NCBI GenBank assembly: GCA_947090235.1
Contig: CAMUNJ010000002.1
Location: 1 to 33,095, forward strand
Length of the DNA: 33,095 bases
DNA from: an uncultured Bacillota bacterium
Lineage (GTDB): Bacteria; Bacillota; Clostridia; Christensenellales; UBA1242
Direction: 5' to 3'
Shown: positions 24,661 to 33,095 of the stretch, piece by piece
Numbering within the stretch: position 1 is the stretch's first letter
How the letters are laid out: the number at the start of each line of letters is the position of its first letter
The notes under the pieces: model-generated
Databases searched by the model: none
What the model was told of the DNA's origin: nothing
What the model saw: the letters and a program-made list of their open reading frames with translations, nothing else
Made by a program: the position numbers and the translations under genes

Positions 24661-24734
24661 ACTCATTTGTTATTCCGCCCGTTCGACTCCCGCTTACTTT
24701 GTTCGCCTTTTGCTGTCGCAAAAGTTGTAGCCTA

Positions 24735-24760
24735 CAAAAAAACTCGCCGAAGCGAGTTAT
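24735..24760 (-). terminator. Terminator downstream of tRNA-Glu
   Basis: On the minus strand: aactcgc-ttcg-gcgagtt followed by TTTTTTT. Confidence 0.75.
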
Positions 24761-24763
24761 TTT

Positions 24764-24838
24764 TGGTAGCCTCCAGGGGAGTCGAACCCCTCATTCCGCC
24801 GTGAAAGGGCGATGTCTTAACCGATTGACCAGGAGGCC
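24764..24838 (-). tRNA. tRNA-Glu (anticodon UUC), CCA encoded
   Basis: Reverse complement GGCCTCCTGGTCAATCGGTTAAGACATCGCCCTTTCACGGCGGAATGAGGGGTTCGACTCCCCTGGAGGCTACCA folds by hand into a cloverleaf: 7-bp acceptor, 3-bp D-stem, anticodon loop CTTTCAC, T-arm AGGGG-TTCGACT-CCCCT. Confidence 0.95.
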
Positions 24839-24849
24839 ATATTTATAAA

Positions 24850-24876
24850 GTCATGTGTTTTTTTACGACACATGAC
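24850..24876 (-). terminator. Hairpin between comFC and tRNA-Glu
   Basis: 9-bp stem gtcatgtgt / acacatgac with a 9-nt loop. Only a weak T-run on the minus strand. Confidence 0.45.
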
Positions 24877-24925
24877 CTATTATATAGAAATTGGGTTTTG
24901 TTGTCAAGAGTTTTTTTAAAATTTT

Positions 24926-25780
24926 TCATTTATATTTGCTTTTTTTGAAAATATTTTTGAAAAAATCTTTAATTCTTTTTTTATTTCTTTTTTCAAGTTC
25001 GCGTCTTGCGATTGTTGTAACATATATATTATGTGCTTTAGATTTAAGTTTTTCGGCAATTGCATTCATGGTTGAGCAAGTAGTTAGTACATCATCTACA
25101 ATAAGTACATTTTTATCTTTAAATATCTCTAAGTTTTTAAATTCTAGACTATCGCGAATGTTTTTTCTTCGCTGTGCAAAGTTTAAAGTTTTTTGTTGTT
25201 TTGAATACTTAGTTTTCAAAACACTTGTAGTATTTACTGGCACATTAAATTCTTTACCAATTTCATTTGCAAGCAGTTCGGCTTGATTATATCCACGGCG
25301 TCTAATTGTTTTTGGGTGAGAAGGAACTGGAACTATGATATCAAAAGTTATACTTGCTTGTTTGATTGCATCACACATATATTTGGTGAATGTTTTAGTT
25401 AAGAATTTTCCGTTATCATCTTTAAATCTAAGAATTGCACCTTTGGTAGTTTTGTTATAAATAAAAGGACAAAAGGCTTTATCAAATTTGGGTGGAATAA
25501 TATTTTTATTGCTTCTATCACAATATGAACATATTTCGCGAGAATCATGAACGCGAACATCACAAATTCGGCAACGATGACCATCGTTTAGAATATCTTT
25601 TTTAGCACATTCTTGACAATAGGGTTTGTCCTCAAAGTCAGGAATGTCATTTCCACAAAAAATACACTTTAAATTTTGCGGAAAAAGAATGTCAAGAGTA
25701 AATGCTCCACTCTTGACAAAAAACTTTTTTATTTTGTTTTCCTTTAATTCTTTTACCTTTTTATCTTTTGTCATTTCCAT
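24926..25780 (-). CDS. comFC: ComF-family protein (phosphoribosyltransferase domain, ComFC-like)
   Basis: N-terminal zinc-finger cysteines (CIFCGN..CQEC..CRIC..CSYC), VPVPSHPKTIRRRGYNQAELLA, and PRT motif NVLIVDDVLTTCSTM. Confidence 0.8.
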   Translation of the reverse strand: MEMTKDKKVKELKENKIKKFFVKSGAFTLDILFPQNLKCIFCGNDIPDFEDKPYCQECAKKDILNDGHRCRICDVRVHDSREICSYCDRSNKNIIPPKFDKAFCPFIYNKTTKGAILRFKDDNGKFLTKTFTKYMCDAIKQASITFDIIVPVPSHPKTIRRRGYNQAELLANEIGKEFNVPVNTTSVLKTKYSKQQKTLNFAQRRKNIRDSLEFKNLEIFKDKNVLIVDDVLTTCSTMNAIAEKLKSKAHNIYVTTIARRELEKRNKKRIKDFFKNIFKKSKYK

Positions 25781-25785
25781 ATACT

Positions 25786-27171
25786 TTAGTTTTTAACAAT
25801 TTGATAACCATCTTTGCTGTCTTTGATGGTGTAGCCTTTTTGTGTTAAAATATTGCGAAGTTCATCGGCTTTTGCCCAATCTTTGTTGACTTTTGCCTGC
25901 CAACGCTCCTGTGCTAAGTTTTTTATTTCTTCTGGTATAGAAATTGTTTGTTCTTTTAATAAATCTAATGCCAAGACTTCATCAAACTTTTCTATCAACT
26001 TGCGTTTAGTTAAGTCGCTAGCATTGCTTTTTAATGAATCGTACACGACAGTTATTGCAGATGAAGTATTTATATTGTCTTCAAGTGCAATTTTAAATTT
26101 TTGTATAAATTCATCATAAATTTCTTGTTCAAACTCACCATTATTAGATAATGATAATACTTTATCTTTCAATTTATCATATTCGATTTTTGCTCCGTCA
26201 AGTCTGTCATAAGAAAATACAAGAGGATTTTGATAATGAGATTTTAAAGTAAAAAATCTATAAACAAGAGGGTTATAGCCCTTTTCTTGTAATAGAGAAA
26301 CCGTCAAAAATTCTCCCTTACTTTTACTCATTTTTCCGCTCTCAGTATTTAAATGCTCAACATGGAACCAATAATTGCACCATTTATGACCAAGATAACT
26401 TTCACTTTGAGCAATTTCGTTTGTATGATGTGGGAATTTGTTATCTACGCCACCACAATGAATATCTAAGAAATCACCAAGATATTTATGTGAAATTCCG
26501 CTACATTCAATGTGCCAACCTGGATAGCCCAAACCCCAAGGACTATTCCATTTGAGTTCTTGTTCAGTAAATTTTGATTTAGTAAACCATAATGCAAAGT
26601 CGGCTTGATTGCGTTTGCCATGATCTTCTTCAACGCCTTCTCGAACTCCGACAAGCATGTCGTCTGATTTATGATTTGTTAGAGAATAATAATTTTCAAG
26701 TTTGCTTACATCAAAATAAACATTACCGTCCGAAATGTATGCATAACCTTTTTCTAGTAGAGTGGAAATAATATTTATATATTCGTCAATACAACTTGTT
26801 GCAGGTACAACTATTTCAGGCCATTTGATATTGAGTTTTTTGCAGTCTTCTTTAAAACATTCTGTGTAATATTGAGCAATTTGTAAAACTGTTTTATGTT
26901 CACGCTCTGCGCCTAATAACATTTTGTCTTCACCATTATCGCTATCGCCAGTCAAGTGACCAACATCTGTTATATTCATGGCTCTAGTCACATGATAACC
27001 TAAAAAGGTTAAAGTTCTTTCCAAAACATCTTCCATTATATAACTGCGTAAATTTCCTATATGAGCAAAATGATAAACAGTAGGGCCACAAGTATACATT
27101 TTAACCTTGCCTTCTTCTATTGGTTTGAATATCTCTTTTTGCCTTGTTAAAGAATTGTAGATTTTTAACAT
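25786..27171 (-). CDS. cysS: Cysteine--tRNA ligase
   Basis: MYTCGPTVYHFAHIGNLRSY (HIGH), GWHIECS, KMSKSKG (KMSKS). Confidence 0.95.
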   Translation of the reverse strand: MLKIYNSLTRQKEIFKPIEEGKVKMYTCGPTVYHFAHIGNLRSYIMEDVLERTLTFLGYHVTRAMNITDVGHLTGDSDNGEDKMLLGAEREHKTVLQIAQYYTECFKEDCKKLNIKWPEIVVPATSCIDEYINIISTLLEKGYAYISDGNVYFDVSKLENYYSLTNHKSDDMLVGVREGVEEDHGKRNQADFALWFTKSKFTEQELKWNSPWGLGYPGWHIECSGISHKYLGDFLDIHCGGVDNKFPHHTNEIAQSESYLGHKWCNYWFHVEHLNTESGKMSKSKGEFLTVSLLQEKGYNPLVYRFFTLKSHYQNPLVFSYDRLDGAKIEYDKLKDKVLSLSNNGEFEQEIYDEFIQKFKIALEDNINTSSAITVVYDSLKSNASDLTKRKLIEKFDEVLALDLLKEQTISIPEEIKNLAQERWQAKVNKDWAKADELRNILTQKGYTIKDSKDGYQIVKN

Positions 27172-27227
27172 TTTTATTTTCCTTTTATAAAATATTGGTC
27201 TTTTCTTTAATTTTTATGATTTCTTAA

Positions 27228-27250
27228 TAAAAAAAGCCACATTTATGGCT
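27228..27250 (-). terminator. Terminator of the marR-like gene
   Basis: Minus strand agcca-taaatg-tggct followed by TTTTTTT, overlapping the stop codon. Confidence 0.55.
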
Positions 27251-27632
27251 AAACAATTTTATTGAGAAAATCACATAGCACATTCAAAGAATGATCAACT
27301 TCTAATGATGTAGTGCCAATTTTTTCTTCTATTTGTTTTTTGTAAGCCTCAAGTTCTTGCTTTCCTTTTTGAGTTAAACAAATAGTACGACATCGTCTGT
27401 CGATTTCTGTTGATTTGATTTCAATAATACCTTCTTTAGCAAGTTCAGTGGTCATGAGAGCAAAGTTGGATTTTTTTATTCCAAGTTTTTCTATAATCAT
27501 ACTAACGGAAAGATTTTGATAAACCTCTGCCATATACAAAACTTTCAGCCTTAATAAGCCCGAACTTGATTTACTTTTTAACAAATTTTCGCTTAGAGCA
27601 GTTAGTTCTAAGAATTTTCCTGCGTTGTCCAT
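27249..27632 (-). CDS. MarR-family transcriptional regulator
   Basis: Winged-helix region SVSMIIEKLGIKKSNFALMTTELAKEGIIEIKSTEIDRRCRTICLTQKG. ATG 27632 is preferred because the alternative TTG 27671 coincides with a -35 hexamer. Confidence 0.7.
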   Translation of the reverse strand: MDNAGKFLELTALSENLLKSKSSSGLLRLKVLYMAEVYQNLSVSMIIEKLGIKKSNFALMTTELAKEGIIEIKSTEIDRRCRTICLTQKGKQELEAYKKQIEEKIGTTSLEVDHSLNVLCDFLNKIV

Positions 27633-27642
27633 AACTATATTA

Positions 27643-27671
27643 AGTATATATAAATTTTTTTTCTTTTGCAA
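27643..27671 (-). promoter_or_regulatory. Putative marR promoter giving a (near-)leaderless mRNA
   Basis: Minus strand TTGCAA, 17-nt spacer, TATACT, then only 10 nt to ATG 27632 and no SD. Confidence 0.45.
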
Positions 27672-27717
27672 GCGTTTTTGCTTGATTTTTGTTATTTAAA
27701 GGTATTAAAATAAAACT

Positions 27718-29946
27718 ATGATCGTTTCTGGCTCTATAGAAGAAATCATATTTAGAAATGAACAAAATGGCTATACCGTTATGATAGTTGACTTTAAAGG
27801 TACTTCTGTGACTGCCGTTGGCAAGATGGTGGCTACAAATATCGGTGAAAATGTTTCTTTGGAAGGCGAATTTGTAAATAACAATAAATATGGTTATCAA
27901 TTTTCTTTTAATAATTATGAGGTGATATTACCAACTTCTCTATCTGGAATAGAGAGGTATTTGTCGTCTGGGCTTATTAAAGGTGTTGGGCCGATTACTG
28001 CAAAAAATATTGTTAAACATTTTGGAAAAGATACTTTTGATATTATTGAAATGAGCCCTGCAAGTTTAGCCGAAATAAAAAATATAAGCATGAAAAAAGC
28101 ACTTGAGATAGGTGAAAAATTTAAAGAACTTAAAAAAATGCAAAATTCTGTAATGTTTTTGCAAAAATATAATATTTCAACTAATATGGCTTTAAAAATT
28201 TACGAAATTTATGGAGATAGAACTGTTGATGTTGTTAAAAACAATCCATATAGATTGGTTGAAGATGTTGAAGGTATTGGTTTTTTGACTGCGGACAAAA
28301 TTGCAAAAAGCATTGGTATTCCAGCCGACAGCGAGTTTAGAGTTAGAGCAGGTTTATTGCATAGTTTAAATTCTTCTGTTGAAAAAAGTGGAAATACTTT
28401 TTTGCCAAAAACCATGTTACTTTCTTTAGCACAAAAATTACTAGAACTTGATGAGATAGAATACAAAGAACTTTATATACAAGCACTTGATAGTTTAACT
28501 TTAGATAAAACTTGTATGATTTTTTGGTATGAAAATTATGAAGTGGTTATGCTTACTAAATATTATTTTTACGAAAGTATAGTTGCAAAAAAACTTTGTT
28601 TACTAAACTGCAATACTGTTGAAGAAAAATATATTTTACATGACGAAATATCTCATTTTGAGCAAAAGCAAAAAATAACTTTTCATGAAGAACAAAAAAA
28701 CGCAATCATCAACTCTATAAATAATGGGGTATCAGTGATAACAGGAGGACCTGGTACTGGTAAAACAACAATAATAAAGTGTATTATAGAAATATTAAGC
28801 CAACACAAAAAAGAATTTATGCTTTTAGCACCTACTGGCAGGGCTTCTAAGCGAATGAGCGATTCAACGGGACATGAAGCAAAGACTATTCATAGGGCTT
28901 TGGAAGTTGGAGAAGGTGGGGTTGGGCAATTTGTTCACAACGAAAAAAATCCTTTCAAAACAGATTGTGTTATAGTTGACGAAGTTTCTATGGTTGATGT
29001 TGCTTTAATGGCAAGTTTATGTAAAGCATTACCAAGAGATTGCAAACTTATCTTGGTTGGTGATAAGGACCAACTTCCTAGCGTTGGGGCAGGGAATGTT
29101 TTGGATGACATAATAAAGTGTGAAAAGATAAATGTTAGTATGTTGACAAAGATTTTTAGGCAGGCTGATAATAGCCTAATTATTTCGAATGCTCATCTTA
29201 TTAATGATGGGAAAATGCCTATAATAGATAATTCATCTAAAGATTTTTTCTTTGAAGAACGAGGAGATTTGAACATTATAAAAAATTCGGTTATCAATAT
29301 GGTTTGTGAGCGTTTACCAAAATTTACAGGATTAGATTCAACTCAAATTCAAGTGCTTGCTCCTATGAAGGCTGGAGTTTGTGGAATAGACAACTTGAAC
29401 AGAAGTTTGCAAGATAGAATAAATCCATCTAGCATAACAAAGCAAGAGATTCAAGTTGGAGAAACAATATTTAGAGTTGGTGATAAAGTTATGCAAACTT
29501 CTAATAATTATAATCTTGTTTGGACACGCTTGAATGGGTTTATCGAAGAAGAAGGCGAAGGTGTATTTAATGGTGATATCGGTTTTATTGAGGCAATTGA
29601 TTTTCAAACAGGCGAAACAACAGTTGTTTTTGAGGATGGACGACATTGCGTATATCCAAGGACAGATATAGGTCAACTTTCACTAGCCTATGCAATAACA
29701 ATTCATAAAAGTCAGGGTAGTGAGTTTGATGTTGTTATAATTCCAATTATTTCAGGGCCTCCTATGATATTAACACGCAATTTAATATATACAGCCGTTA
29801 CGCGAGCAAAAAGAATGGTGGTGCTTGTAGGCTTACAAGAAAATTTAAAACGAATGGTCAAAAATAAATATACTGCTCAGCGTTTCACCTTACTAAAACA
29901 CCTAATAAATCAAACTTTTGATGAGATAAACGAACTTTTTAAATAA
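27718..29946 (+). CDS. recD2: ATP-dependent RecD-like DNA helicase (SF1B, RecD2/TraA family)
   Basis: N-terminal GSIEEIIFRNEQNGYTV OB-like domain, HhH region, Walker A GGPGTGKTT, VDEVSMVD, DKDQLPSVGAGNV, and C-terminal AYAITIHKSQGSEF / YTAVTRAK. Confidence 0.9.
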   Translation: MIVSGSIEEIIFRNEQNGYTVMIVDFKGTSVTAVGKMVATNIGENVSLEGEFVNNNKYGYQFSFNNYEVILPTSLSGIERYLSSGLIKGVGPITAKNIVKHFGKDTFDIIEMSPASLAEIKNISMKKALEIGEKFKELKKMQNSVMFLQKYNISTNMALKIYEIYGDRTVDVVKNNPYRLVEDVEGIGFLTADKIAKSIGIPADSEFRVRAGLLHSLNSSVEKSGNTFLPKTMLLSLAQKLLELDEIEYKELYIQALDSLTLDKTCMIFWYENYEVVMLTKYYFYESIVAKKLCLLNCNTVEEKYILHDEISHFEQKQKITFHEEQKNAIINSINNGVSVITGGPGTGKTTIIKCIIEILSQHKKEFMLLAPTGRASKRMSDSTGHEAKTIHRALEVGEGGVGQFVHNEKNPFKTDCVIVDEVSMVDVALMASLCKALPRDCKLILVGDKDQLPSVGAGNVLDDIIKCEKINVSMLTKIFRQADNSLIISNAHLINDGKMPIIDNSSKDFFFEERGDLNIIKNSVINMVCERLPKFTGLDSTQIQVLAPMKAGVCGIDNLNRSLQDRINPSSITKQEIQVGETIFRVGDKVMQTSNNYNLVWTRLNGFIEEEGEGVFNGDIGFIEAIDFQTGETTVVFEDGRHCVYPRTDIGQLSLAYAITIHKSQGSEFDVVIIPIISGPPMILTRNLIYTAVTRAKRMVVLVGLQENLKRMVKNKYTAQRFTLLKHLINQTFDEINELFK

Positions 29947-29967
29947 AAATCGTTTATCTTTTTTTTT
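29924..29967 (+). terminator. recD2 terminator
   Basis: 9-bp stem agataaacg / cgtttatct with an 18-nt loop spanning the stop codon, followed by T9. Confidence 0.55.
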
Positions 29968-30105
29968 AAGATATGTTTTCATTATCTAGCAATAGTTAGA
30001 CTATTTTTTTGTCGCAAAATTTGGGCGTCATTTGACAAAATTCGCAGTTTTGCAAGATTATAAAAAATATTCTAACTATTGTGAGAAAATGGAGGCATGA
30101 AAATT

Positions 30106-30309
30106 ATGATAGGTAAAAGATTGAAAGAACTTAGAGTTGAATTTGGGCTTACTCAAGCAAAAGTCGGTGAAGCAATTGGTGTTAGTGAGCCAACTATAAG
30201 TTTGTGGGAGAGTAATAAAAGAGAGCCTAATATCGCAATGCTTACTAAACTTTGTGATTTCTATAATGTCAGTGCAGATTATTTGATTGGCAGAGTAGAT
30301 TTTTATTGA
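30106..30309 (+). CDS. XRE-family helix-turn-helix transcriptional regulator
   Basis: IGKRLKELRVEFGLTQAKVGEAIGVSEPTISLWESNKREPNIAMLTKLCDFYNVSADYLIG is a canonical Cro/C1 HTH. GGAGG lies 10 nt before ATG 30106. Confidence 0.85.
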   Translation: MIGKRLKELRVEFGLTQAKVGEAIGVSEPTISLWESNKREPNIAMLTKLCDFYNVSADYLIGRVDFY

Positions 30310-30381
30310 GTTTTAGATTAATTTAATATCTTTATAATTGCAATTAATTTGCAATAGTTTTTTGCTGCTATTTATTAGAAC

Positions 30382-30416
30382 AAAAAAAGATAAGAGATAT
30401 CTCTTATCTTTTTTTT
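30382..30416. terminator. Bidirectional terminator between the XRE gene and the convergent surface-protein gene
   Basis: agataagag-atat-ctcttatct flanked by A7 and T8. Confidence 0.8.
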
Positions 30417-30423
30417 GAAAAGT

Positions 30424-33095
30424 TTATTTAACTTTCAAGCGTTTTCTAAGTTTGATTGTTATAAAGATTACAACTCCTACTACAACAACGCTTATTACAA
30501 TTGCAATTATTGCCCAAACATTTAAAGGCTCTGTTCTAGTCACTTTATATGAGAAGAGAAGGTTACCACTCATTGTGTAAACTTGAACATAGTGTGTACC
30601 AACAATAGTTATATCTACTGTGATGTTTTCTTGGCCTTGAGCAAGATTTTCTGCATTGACAATAATTGGAGTTTGTCCTGGTATTTTTATAATACAATCG
30701 CCAACTGTTTCATACATATTTTTAAGATTATATGTTACTTTGATAGGATTTGTGGTTGAGCCACCTTCCTCTAAGTCTACAGCGATAGGAGGAGAGGCAA
30801 GATTAATCCTAAATGCAAAGGTGAAGGAAGTTGGGCTTGCGTCAATATTTTTATAAGTTTGTTCACCAGTTTCAATAGTGATAACATATCTTCCGCTTCC
30901 TGTTTTTTCGTCGAAATAAGAAATTTGAAGATTTGTGAAGAAATATGTTTCATTATCAAAAGTCACTTTACTATCGTCAATTGTGGAAATAAACTTTTGT
31001 GTAACATCACGGCCATCTTTAAAAATAGATTTGACATAGTAATTAGCATAAGTGCTAAACTCAAATGTATATCTACTTTCGTTTGCATTTATAATTGAGA
31101 AGACAAAGTTTTCTCTTCTAACTTCCTCTTGATTTACACTCAAAGCCTCAAAACTAACAGAATAATAACCATTTTCATTAAATATATAGTTATTTACTCC
31201 AGCAGTTGTATAGTTGGTGTATTCTTGTCCATCTTTCATCACTTTTATGATAGGGTAGCCAGAAGCAAAATAATCTGTAGGGTTGGTTAGAGATAATTTT
31301 ACGCTTCCATTATAGATGGCTCTATTGATTGGCTCTGAAATTACCTCTTCGTTTGAGATAGGATCTGTGTAAGTAATTGTGAAAGGTACACTATTTAGGA
31401 AGGTTATATTTATAAATTCATATCTTCCAAATAAATGCTTGTTTGGATTTTCGCAACTATCTTGGAAAGTTAGTCTATAAGTACCTGCACGAGTCAAATA
31501 AATATAGTTTGTATTTCCATCTTTATATATAGTCGTGTTTAGTTGTTCAAGTTTGCCATTAAAGTTCTTTTCTAGAACAACTTGAATGTCATTTTCTTTT
31601 ATGCCATAATAATTGTTCCAAGTTATTTTAAGTTTATCAAATCCTATTTCGTCAGATAGAGCAACGATAGGTCTTGGATTTGCTGGGTCTGCAGATTGAA
31701 GTAGGTCTACACTAGATCCGGTTGCATTTTCATATGAAAGTCGCGATAAGATTTGAGAACTTTCTCCAATATAAACAACCGCAAATTTAGCATCTTTGCT
31801 GATTTTGCTATTGTAGGTGTAAACTTCAACTTTGACTCCTGCTCTTGAAGAATCTTTATCTTCCACTAAGCGAGATGAGAAGGTTGTGTTGAGTTCTTTA
31901 TTAGGCTCAATAACAACTCTTGCATCTTTATCATCATAATTTACGCTTAAAACATAAACTGTGCTGATTTCTTCTCCTGTGTCTGCTGTTGTGTATTTAA
32001 AGTCTGCTCTAGGCTCAACAGGAAGACCATCTACATGGAAATAGTATGAGATAGAAGAAGAGTTTAAAATGTTTATCATAAATAGTTTACATTCAGTTTC
32101 AAAAACATTTTCGTGATCGTATTTAGCAAGAACAAAATAACTTCCTGCACCTGAAATTGTGTGTCCACTAGCAAATTCATTTATATTTGTCCAGTTTTCT
32201 CTATCAGTTGAGATATAAACACTATAAGGATATTGTGTTAAATCGTCTTTTATTGTCATGTTTTGTCCATCATTAAATCCGATTGTCACATTGCTAGAGA
32301 AGGTTGTGATTGAAGTTGCTGGCGATGAGAATTGTTTTCCTCTAAATTTATATGTTAGAGTAGGGACATTTTCTATTGTTCCGTTTCCGTTATTGGAATT
32401 GATTGTTTGATTGTTTTTATCCAAGAACCAAATATTGTTTTGATTATTTTCTCCGCCTTTTTTGTCGCTAAGAACAGGTAAGCGATTGTAGATTCGAAGA
32501 TTTATTATCTTGATTGCTTTGTTATTAGCACTGCCTTCGTCATAATTTTCGCTCTCATAAACTTCGATAACATAAACTTTGTCGTAGTTTAATTGTCCTA
32601 AGTTTGATATTGTTATTGTACGGATATTGTTTGTGTTAGGCTTGAGGGAAGAATTGATATTATCTTGTCCTTGTCCACCAATAACTTTTACAACTTTTGC
32701 AACATATAGAAGGCTATTGTATTGATATGTCAAATTGCCAGAAGAAAGATATGTTTTTGATGAGTCGCCTTCAATAGTTTCGTATATAGTGTTGTTTCCT
32801 ACAACTTCTTGGCAGGTTTCTTCGTTGATAAGTTGAACAATAGTGATTGTATTGTTAAAGTTATCCTCAATTTCATACTTAAATTTTGTGCTTGAATTAT
32901 TTTGAACAGTTATGGTGATTTCAAGATAACTTCCAACATAGTTGAATGATAGAAAATCTCTGCTAAATGCAAGCCAATCTTGAGGATTGCCAGATTCAAC
33001 AATTGCTTCTTTCAATGTTTCGTCATTCCATCCCCCATTTTCATATCTAGAAATAGTTATCTTTCTAGGAGTTACATAAGCGTGAGTTGTGCTTT
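30424..33095 (-). CDS. Very large C-terminally membrane-anchored surface protein, 5'-partial (continues beyond the window)
   Basis: The frame stays open from 33015 to the window edge, so the track TTG start is not real. Asn/Thr/Ser/Tyr-rich beta-type sequence. C-terminal TM VWAIIAIVISVVVVGVVIFITI followed by KLRKRLKVK. No family recognised. Confidence 0.7.
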   Translation of the reverse strand, partial: STTHAYVTPRKITISRYENGGWNDETLKEAIVESGNPQDWLAFSRDFLSFNYVGSYLEITITVQNNSSTKFKYEIEDNFNNTITIVQLINEETCQEVVGNNTIYETIEGDSSKTYLSSGNLTYQYNSLLYVAKVVKVIGGQGQDNINSSLKPNTNNIRTITISNLGQLNYDKVYVIEVYESENYDEGSANNKAIKIINLRIYNRLPVLSDKKGGENNQNNIWFLDKNNQTINSNNGNGTIENVPTLTYKFRGKQFSSPATSITTFSSNVTIGFNDGQNMTIKDDLTQYPYSVYISTDRENWTNINEFASGHTISGAGSYFVLAKYDHENVFETECKLFMINILNSSSISYYFHVDGLPVEPRADFKYTTADTGEEISTVYVLSVNYDDKDARVVIEPNKELNTTFSSRLVEDKDSSRAGVKVEVYTYNSKISKDAKFAVVYIGESSQILSRLSYENATGSSVDLLQSADPANPRPIVALSDEIGFDKLKITWNNYYGIKENDIQVVLEKNFNGKLEQLNTTIYKDGNTNYIYLTRAGTYRLTFQDSCENPNKHLFGRYEFINITFLNSVPFTITYTDPISNEEVISEPINRAIYNGSVKLSLTNPTDYFASGYPIIKVMKDGQEYTNYTTAGVNNYIFNENGYYSVSFEALSVNQEEVRRENFVFSIINANESRYTFEFSTYANYYVKSIFKDGRDVTQKFISTIDDSKVTFDNETYFFTNLQISYFDEKTGSGRYVITIETGEQTYKNIDASPTSFTFAFRINLASPPIAVDLEEGGSTTNPIKVTYNLKNMYETVGDCIIKIPGQTPIIVNAENLAQGQENITVDITIVGTHYVQVYTMSGNLLFSYKVTRTEPLNVWAIIAIVISVVVVGVVIFITIKLRKRLKVK

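Noticed and set aside
24672-24695. attccgcccgttcgactcccgc next to tRNA-Glu. It contains a T-loop-like GTTCGACTCCC, an 11-nt inverted copy of the tRNA-Glu T-arm, and shares attccgcc with the tRNA
   Set aside because: The flanking bases do not pair into a T-stem and no acceptor or anticodon arm can be drawn. At most it is a decayed tRNA or att remnant, which I cannot support without genome-wide comparison.
24891-25286. 131-aa ORF antisense to comFC
   Set aside because: Low-complexity L/F/S product, a shadow of the Lys-rich 3' part of comFC, with no translation signals.
27172-27248. Looked for T-box leaders or other riboswitches upstream of cysS and argS
   Set aside because: The cysS upstream spacer is ~77 nt and is taken up by the marR terminator. 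argS overlaps the preceding gene. There is no specifier or T-box sequence.
1-33095. CRISPR arrays, IS/transposase genes, integrases, rRNA, alternative genetic code
   Set aside because: No regularly spaced direct repeats, no transposase- or integrase-like ORFs and no rRNA-like sequence were seen. All conserved genes are full length with TGA as a stop.

Overview
AT-rich, Gram-positive-type (Bacillota-like) chromosomal window. It reads cleanly in the standard bacterial code: all conserved genes are intact with TGA/TAA/TAG as stops. All calls rest on reading the sequence and recalling family motifs; no searches were run. About two thirds is housekeeping in familiar syntenic blocks: rplI; MOP-family flippase, HU and dusB; pgk-tpiA; dnaX-ybaB-recR; a NADAR gene overlapping argS; rpmG-secE-nusG-(inserted orphan)-rplK-rplA; tRNA-Glu; comFC-cysS; marR divergent from recD2. 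Accessory and orphan genes sit between these blocks. Three are exported or surface proteins: a 310-aa N-terminally anchored protein, a ~925-aa GLUG/beta-helix-repeat protein, and a >890-aa C-terminally anchored protein running off the window. There is also a GPH-type transporter, two XRE regulators, and an orphan module of a 47-aa ORF, a 220-aa ORF and a HicB-like gene. The ORF track missed two sub-60-aa genes: rpmG (L33) and the strongly signalled 47-aa ORF. Main hunt results follow. (1) dnaX stops right after an A9 slippery run, and the -1 frame stays open into a tau-like C-terminal ORF, so this is a candidate programmed frameshift or transcriptional slippage. (2) A G8 tract separates the signal peptide from the body of the GLUG surface protein, which looks like an OFF-phase contingency locus. 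(3) A 9-nt G/C tract is nearly the whole spacer between a perfect TTGACA and a perfect TATAAT driving the 310-aa membrane protein, a candidate promoter-spacer phase switch. (4) The 47-aa/220-aa/HicB-like module has no canonical HicA partner. The null hypothesis for (1)-(3) is homopolymer miscalling, although other long A-runs inside CDSs remain in frame.
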